Origin: a virus
Lineage: Duplodnaviria; Caudoviricetes
Strand: one strand, 5' to 3'
IMG/VR virus record: IMGVR_UViG_3300037692_000261
Coordinates: 1 to 26,202 of that record
Length of the DNA: 26,202 bases
Below are positions 1-4,794 of this stretch, in pieces. Under the pieces are notes generated by a model, which had not been told where the DNA came from, did no database searches, and was given only the letters and a program-made list of their open reading frames with translations. The position numbers and the translations under genes were made by a program. Within the stretch, counting starts at the first letter, position 1, and each line of letters starts with the position of its first letter.

Positions 1-25
1 AGTACGGTATAAAATAGATTTAGTG

Positions 26-460
26 ATGTTTAGATTTGGAAAAACGAGTAAAGAAAGATTGAGCACATGTCATAGTGATATGCAGTTAATCATGAACGAA
101 GCAATTAAAATAACCAATGTTGATTTTGGGATTGCTGAGGGTCATAGAAGCATTGAAAAGCAACAACAATATTTTAAAGAAGATAAAAGTAAGATAGATG
201 GTATCTCTAAGAAAGGGAAACACAACTATATCCCATCCTTAGCCGTAGATATTTATCCTTATTTTGAAAACTGTGCTAAATGGGATAATGAGCATTTAAG
301 CTACTTATCTGGAATTATTCACGCTGTTTCAGAAATGCTCTTCACTTCTGGAAAAATTACACACAAGATTAGATGGGGCGGTAATTGGGATATGGATGGA
401 GTTATTTTAATCGACCAATCATTCGATGATAGACCACACTTTGAATTAGTACTGCCGTAG
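26..460 (+). CDS. Endolysin, peptidase M15 family (L-Ala-D-Glu peptidase-like); cassette 1
   Basis: Motifs EGHRS, KHN..PSLAVDI, IRWGGNW and DRPHFEL typical of phage M15 endolysins; ATG at 26 preferred over GTG at 23. Confidence 0.9.
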   Translation: MFRFGKTSKERLSTCHSDMQLIMNEAIKITNVDFGIAEGHRSIEKQQQYFKEDKSKIDGISKKGKHNYIPSLAVDIYPYFENCAKWDNEHLSYLSGIIHAVSEMLFTSGKITHKIRWGGNWDMDGVILIDQSFDDRPHFELVLP

Positions 461-470
461 TATTGGCGGT

Positions 471-595
471 AACGTTACGGCGGTAAGAAACGTGCCGGAA
501 TTACGAGTACAAAACTTTCAAAATACAGATGAATTATGAACGAAGAACAAAAGATTGAGAACCCACAAAGCCCGGCATGTTTTTTACCGCATGTT
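471..595. repeat. attC-like recombination site 1 (125 bp)
   Basis: AAC(471-473), arm GCGGTAAGAAACGTGCCGG (480-498), loop, arm CCGGCATGTTTTTTACCGC (572-590), GTT(593-595); 17/19 Watson-Crick pairs plus 2 G.T pairs on the + strand. Confidence 0.8.
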
Positions 596-1321
596 GGCAG
601 CAGTACGGTGTTTAATGCTCATTATTCGGCTGTTATTGGTTTGTTTCCTGATAAATATTTTGATTGGGCGGTATGTGATATTCCTTATGGTATTGGAGTT
701 GCTAAAATGGCTTATTTAAAAGAAACGAGAACAACCGTAAAGCAAAAAAACGGAACTCGAATAAACCCAAATAGGAATAAACATAAACATACTTTTAAGG
801 ATTGGGATAATGCCACTCCACCTCAAGCATATTTTGAAGAACTGATGCGAATAAGCAAAAATCAAATAATATTTGGGGCTGATTATACCGACTGGACAGG
901 ATTAGGTAAAGGACGTATTAAATGGAATAAGGGATTTTCGGAAGGTGTGAGTTTTAACCAATTTGAATACGCTTACTGCAGCTACATAGATTATGAGATT
1001 GAAATATCTCTTTTATGGGCTGGAATGATGCAGGCTAAAAGCCTTAGTGAACCAATGGTGCAACAAGGGAACAAAAAACTAAATGAAAAAAGGATACACC
1101 CTTGCCATAAACCTGTGATGCTATATGATGCCATTTTTAAAAAATTTGGCATATACAAAATGAAAGTAATTGATACCCATTTAGGCTCGGGAAGCATACG
1201 AATTACTGCAGATAAATTTGAATGTGAATTTGTCGGCTCTGAAATTGATTCGGAATATTTTCAGGACGAAGAAAAAAGATGGTTCAATTATAAACGAAAC
1301 TTGAAACTGGCACTTTGGTAG
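536..1321 (+). CDS. DNA methyltransferase, N6-A/N4-C, beta-class order; cassette 2
   Basis: Motif IV variant DIPY near the N-terminus, HPCHKP, motif I variant DTHLGSGS, GSEID near the C-terminus. Confidence 0.88.
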   Translation: MNEEQKIENPQSPACFLPHVGSSTVFNAHYSAVIGLFPDKYFDWAVCDIPYGIGVAKMAYLKETRTTVKQKNGTRINPNRNKHKHTFKDWDNATPPQAYFEELMRISKNQIIFGADYTDWTGLGKGRIKWNKGFSEGVSFNQFEYAYCSYIDYEIEISLLWAGMMQAKSLSEPMVQQGNKKLNEKRIHPCHKPVMLYDAIFKKFGIYKMKVIDTHLGSGSIRITADKFECEFVGSEIDSEYFQDEEKRWFNYKRNLKLALW

Positions 1322-1331
1322 TATTGCTGCC

Positions 1332-1454
1332 AACGGACAAATGTTTGTGCAGTTGGGGATTATAACCCGATGCACTGTCAAAATAGTAGAAACTTAATAA
1401 ATTATAAAACAGATGAATACACCTCAGAACCCCCAATTGCATAAACATAGTGTT
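1332..1454. repeat. attC-like recombination site 2 (123 bp)
   Basis: AAC(1332-1334), arm ATGTTTGTGCAGTTGGGG (1341-1358), arm CCCCAATTGCATAAACAT (1431-1448), GTT(1452-1454); 16/18 Watson-Crick pairs plus 2 G.T pairs on the + strand. Confidence 0.8.
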
Positions 1455-1883
1455 ATCGGTTCGGCTTTTATTCCGTCCGATTTCAGAATTGGAAACTATG
1501 TTCAATCAAAAGAATGGGGAGGCTACGGACAAATTGAAGGCATTGAAGTTTTGCCCGACAGGATTGATTTTAAAGTCAAAGGATATGTTCACTCCATCAT
1601 TGAAGGTAAATACTTTGATTTAGAAAAAATCGAATTAACACCTGAGTTAATCCAAAAAATAGGATTTAAGCGATTTGAAGACAAAGGAGTTGTTGGCTTA
1701 GATTACTCAGAGCCAGAAGAAATGACAATTTGGTACGAAAAGGGCAAATTTACAATTGTGCAATGGGGCGAAAATACACCATTCCTTTTCTCTAATCACA
1801 ATTTAAGAGTTGAACTTAAATACGTTCACGAACTGCAAAATCTATTTTACACGATTGAACGTTCGGAGCTGTCTTTAAGCTAA
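1413..1883 (+). CDS. Phage hypothetical protein (RIGNYV...IELT.E...GF...YVHELQNL.Y type); cassette 3
   Basis: 156-aa ORF with a motif pattern I recall from Bacteroidota phage proteins; function unknown. Confidence 0.75.
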   Translation: MNTPQNPQLHKHSVIGSAFIPSDFRIGNYVQSKEWGGYGQIEGIEVLPDRIDFKVKGYVHSIIEGKYFDLEKIELTPELIQKIGFKRFEDKGVVGLDYSEPEEMTIWYEKGKFTIVQWGENTPFLFSNHNLRVELKYVHELQNLFYTIERSELSLS

Positions 1884-1888
1884 CCGAT

Positions 1889-2011
1889 AACGGATAGTAT
1901 AAGTTTGCGTTGCGGATTTCGGAGTGATTTCCTGTCGAGCCTCACTGCCATTTATGCGAGCTAAACAGCTCTTTGTCAGCGCGAAAACCGCAATGAAATT
2001 TATACATTGTT
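1889..2011. repeat. attC-like recombination site 3 (123 bp)
   Basis: AAC(1889-1891), arm GTATAAGTTTGCGTTGCGGATTTCG (1897-1921), arm CGAAAACCGCAATGAAATTTATAC (1982-2005), GTT(2009-2011); 2 G.T pairs, one extrahelical G, one mismatch. Confidence 0.8.
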
Positions 2012-2158
2012 AACGCCCGGTTTTAATTATTTGTCTTCATCTGTTTGTCTTTTTACTTTAAACAGTTTGAATATTTAGTCTTTCTATTAGCGTAATTATC
2101 GTTTTATTTTCTGTAAGATGTCAGTTTTAATCTGAGATTCGAAGAGAAGTCATGAACG

Positions 2159-2620
2159 TTATGAAATATCGGTTGGCACATTTTTATCTTTTCTGTGATT
2201 ATCAAATACTTCAATTCCAGTCTTTAAAAAACCAATAAGTCCAACTCCTAATACTATAGCACCAAATGATACTTCTTTAATTTGGTCGTTTTCGGTAATA
2301 AAATATCCAAACACGCCGAACGCTAATGTTGAAAACGATAGCAATATAATCAAAGCAATAATCCAAATACCTTTTTTAGGATTTTCCCAAATCTTTTTTT
2401 CAAACTTAAGTGACGTTTTTGTTGTATCCTGAAGTGAAGAAAAACTGATTCCAAGTCCTAAGAAAATCATCATATTATTTATGCTGTCTAAAGTCAAATT
2501 CATTTTATCCGCACTATCAAAAAAACCATTCAAATAGGGTTCTAAAGCAAAGTATATCACAAATATCATTAGAGGATATTGTAAATAACTTAGATAGTGA
2601 AATAATAATTTGATTTTCAT
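2159..2620 (-). CDS. Hypothetical integral membrane protein (~4 TM); cassette 4
   Basis: 153-aa ORF with four hydrophobic stretches; opposite strand to its neighbours; bounded by complementary ends 2009-2022 and 2692-2705. Confidence 0.8.
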   Translation of the reverse strand: MKIKLLFHYLSYLQYPLMIFVIYFALEPYLNGFFDSADKMNLTLDSINNMMIFLGLGISFSSLQDTTKTSLKFEKKIWENPKKGIWIIALIILLSFSTLAFGVFGYFITENDQIKEVSFGAIVLGVGLIGFLKTGIEVFDNHRKDKNVPTDIS

Positions 2621-2691
2621 TTTTCTGTCAATTTTAAAGTCTGAACAATAAGTAAATTTAGTCTTTTCTCTTGTATTTAGGCGCAGCTTTT

Positions 2692-2737
2692 AACTGGGCG
2701 TTAACGGTAAATATCATTAGTTTAAAAAATTAAACTA
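2692..2737. other. Terminal half-site of the cassette array (attI-like or secondary insertion site)
   Basis: AACTGGGCGTTAAC (2692-2705) is complementary to the start of cassette 4, but no ~120 bp palindrome follows; only a short hairpin TAGTTTAA-aaaa-TTAAACTA (2718-2737). Confidence 0.5.
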
Positions 2738-2982
2738 TGCAGCAATTATCTGATTATGAAGAAAAAAGCCTAAATAAATTAGGAGGGGCAATTACAGACG
2801 GGCAGTGGAGCAATGAGGGCTTGGTTCAATTAATTAAACTGTCAGGGGGTTTTCTTAATTTACAAACAATTGCAGACTATGCTCAAAACAACAAGATAAG
2901 CTACCAGGCAGCTAAAAAAAATGCAGCGTATAGAAAAAATATTGAAATTTTCAACTGTAAATTTGTAATTGATAATGAATAG
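2737..2982 (+). CDS. Small hypothetical protein, possible HTH-like DNA-binding
   Basis: 81 aa; LQTIADYAQNNKISYQAAKK resembles a helix-turn-helix pattern. Confidence 0.65.
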   Translation: MQQLSDYEEKSLNKLGGAITDGQWSNEGLVQLIKLSGGFLNLQTIADYAQNNKISYQAAKKNAAYRKNIEIFNCKFVIDNE

Positions 2983-2986
2983 TAAT

Positions 2987-3340
2987 ATGAAAACAGCAAA
3001 AGAAGCAATTAATAACTTTTTTGAAGCATGGAAAAAGGCCGATTTTGAAACTATGTACAACAATTGTACCTACACCTGGCGCGATGGGCACCCGGTTAGC
3101 GAGTTGATAACCATTTTTAAAAACAGGCAGCTGTTAAGCTATTCTGTTTTGAAAAGCACTGCCGGTAATGCTACCATACATGCGGTTGATTTTAAGGTTA
3201 AGGTTAAGGTTAAGGATGAGGTTAATATTAAAAGCATTATTTTACGTAAGGTGCGAACGGTACCCGAACTTAAAGCCTACCGTAACGACCCTAAAGGCTT
3301 TTTCGGAGTAAATCCGATAAGTGTACTTTATAATTTATAA
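2987..3340 (+). CDS. Hypothetical protein, possibly NTF2-like fold
   Basis: N-terminal TAKEAINNFFEAWKKADFETMY is like NTF2-family openings, followed by beta-strand-like segments; start 2987 or 2975. Confidence 0.6.
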   Translation: MKTAKEAINNFFEAWKKADFETMYNNCTYTWRDGHPVSELITIFKNRQLLSYSVLKSTAGNATIHAVDFKVKVKVKDEVNIKSIILRKVRTVPELKAYRNDPKGFFGVNPISVLYNL

Positions 3341-3366
3341 TTGATATCTAACGATTAAATTTTTAA

Positions 3367-3615
3367 ATGATGAAAAAGTTTTTAATTGCAAATGCCTTAT
3401 ATGGTCTAAGCAAGCAAGTGCCAGCGGATGAACTTGCACAATTAAAAAAAGATCTTTCAGGTGCAACCGAAGCACCCCAGTTACAAATCATTCATAATGC
3501 CTACATGCGCGAAAAAATGGGCAAAATTGAGAAACATGTAAAAACAATCAGGCTCATAGCTGTTGTCATGTTTGTTTTTACCATTTTGGGTGCAATTATT
3601 TACGCACTTGCGTAA
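3367..3615 (+). CDS. Small hypothetical protein with C-terminal TM helix
   Basis: 82-aa ORF ending LIAVVMFVFTILGAIIYALA. Confidence 0.65.
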   Translation: MMKKFLIANALYGLSKQVPADELAQLKKDLSGATEAPQLQIIHNAYMREKMGKIEKHVKTIRLIAVVMFVFTILGAIIYALA

Positions 3616-3654
3616 AAAAATCCCCGTAAAAATTGGCTGGTCTTTTAGTGTTTT

Positions 3655-3693
3655 AACCCTGTCAGGTTTCAAAAACCTAACAGGGTTTTTTTT
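3655..3693 (+). terminator. Intrinsic terminator / REP-like hairpin between convergent gene blocks
   Basis: AACCCTGTCAGGTTT-caa-AAACCTAACAGGGTT (14/15 stem) running into a T tract. Confidence 0.75.
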
Positions 3694-4129
3694 ATGAAGG
3701 AATGTCATGCAGCGTGGTGGTGTAGGTAATGCGGTAGACCGGCTTGTTATTGCGCCGCTTTTCGCGAATAGCCGATTTTCGACTTAGTGGCGAAAGTGTC
3801 CAGGTGTTTGTCCAGCCCTGTAGCTGTTTATGCACATCCTCGATAGTGTCGAACACGCTCATTGCCGTTGTCCGGTTTTCGGCTGATGTTGCTGCGTTTG
3901 TCGCCCCACGATGGTCAAATGAAATGCGTAGTACTATTTCAACATCGGCAATTTGTTCTTGTTTGGCAATATCGTCGCAACTTGGATAGATAAGGTCTAT
4001 AAGGCAGCACGGGTAAGTTACTGCAGGCCGTTCGGCTTCTAGTTGGCCGTTATCCCAATCAATCCATCGTAATGCCGGTACGTTTGTTTCGAGCCTGTCG
4101 CATAGGCTTGTGAATGCTTGTTTGTTCAT
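3692..4129 (-). CDS. Putative tail completion/terminator protein (Mu gp37-like)
   Basis: LRWIDWDNGQLE..RPAVTYPCCLID and VHKQLQGW pattern; position after the morphogenesis gene. Confidence 0.7.
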   Translation of the reverse strand: MNKQAFTSLCDRLETNVPALRWIDWDNGQLEAERPAVTYPCCLIDLIYPSCDDIAKQEQIADVEIVLRISFDHRGATNAATSAENRTTAMSVFDTIEDVHKQLQGWTNTWTLSPLSRKSAIREKRRNNKPVYRITYTTTLHDIPS

Positions 4130-4132
4130 AAT

Positions 4133-4160
4133 AAACCCCCTAACCCCCTAAAGGGGGGAT
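4133..4160. repeat. Short C/G hairpin with tandem AACCCCCT repeat (REP-like)
   Basis: AAACCCCCTAACCCCCTAAAGGGGGGAT in the intergenic gap. Confidence 0.4.
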
Positions 4161-4179
4161 TTTGGCCGGGGACGCCTTT

Positions 4180-4641
4180 TTAATGCCAGAAGGCTTTTGC
4201 AAAGCCTTCGATGCGGGTTTTTATTTTACTTGTCAATTCTTTAGCATCTCCCAAAAAAGGGCGGGCATCGATGTCGACATTACGGGTATGTGCCTTAACT
4301 TCTTTGCCTTTGCGCGTATGAGTTGGTATGTTAATTACCCCCTTAAACCCTTCGTTGTGTACTTTTGCGTAGTTTACCTTATCGTTTCCGGCTTGTATAA
4401 TTACTTCTTTAGGCGTAACTACTGCCGGTTCAATGCTGTTCATTAAACCGCTGCTATCAATTAGCAACGAGCCTGTACTTTTAGCTGTTTTAGCAGGTCC
4501 CCATGCTTTTTTATCGAATGCTTTTTTATTAAAAGCTTCTTTACCATACTCAACCGCCGTTTCGGCAATAATGTCGGGCACTGCCTCTTGTACTTCGTGT
4601 CGGAAGTTTTCGAAATATGTTGCTAAATCGGTAATTGTCAT
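4180..4641 (-). CDS. Phage virion morphogenesis protein (Mu G / tail_S family)
   Basis: Motifs LIDSSGLMNSI, YAKVHNEG, ARPFLG. Confidence 0.88.
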   Translation of the reverse strand: MTITDLATYFENFRHEVQEAVPDIIAETAVEYGKEAFNKKAFDKKAWGPAKTAKSTGSLLIDSSGLMNSIEPAVVTPKEVIIQAGNDKVNYAKVHNEGFKGVINIPTHTRKGKEVKAHTRNVDIDARPFLGDAKELTSKIKTRIEGFAKAFWH

Positions 4642-4676
4642 AATTCAAAAGTTATTAAAATGTCATTAATAAGTTG

Positions 4677-4684
4677 TAACTTTG
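4677..4684 (+). promoter_or_regulatory. Bacteroidota -7 promoter box TAACTTTG, antisense to the head operon
   Basis: Exact TAnnTTTG match just upstream of a structured element; -33 box not evident. Confidence 0.55.
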
Positions 4685-4689
4685 GTTTA

Positions 4690-4794
4690 TTGTTTAAGCT
4701 GTTGAGTTGGTGCCATTACCCCGGAGCGGAGGGACACCGGCGTTATTCCAGCTAAAAACAAAAGCTCTAACCTGGCATTTTGCCGGGTTTTTTT
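4690..4794 (+). ncRNA. Putative structured small RNA
   Basis: -7 box upstream; closing stem TTGTTTAAGCTG/CAGCTAAAAACAA; GC-rich inner stems (TGCC/GGCG, CCC/GGG); terminator downstream. Confidence 0.55.

Noticed and set aside
471-2011. The three palindromes as simple rho-independent terminators
   Set aside because: Loops of 60-73 nt, no U tract, fixed AAC/GTT cores and cassette-end complementarity are not explained by termination.
1954-2013. 19-codon ORF inside site 3 as leader for a downstream gene
   Set aside because: Out of phase with the GTT core and stops at 2011-2013; no + strand gene follows.
460-2705. Repeats interpreted as a CRISPR array
   Set aside because: Units are not identical direct repeats, are ~123 bp long and are separated by whole genes; no cas genes.
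3192-3215. (TTAAGG)4 telomere-like or phase-variable repeat
   Set aside because: In-frame hexamer encoding KVKVKVK in a beta strand; copy change would not shift the frame.
4690-4766. tRNA gene
   Set aside because: No T-loop GTTCRA, no recognisable D-loop or cloverleaf.
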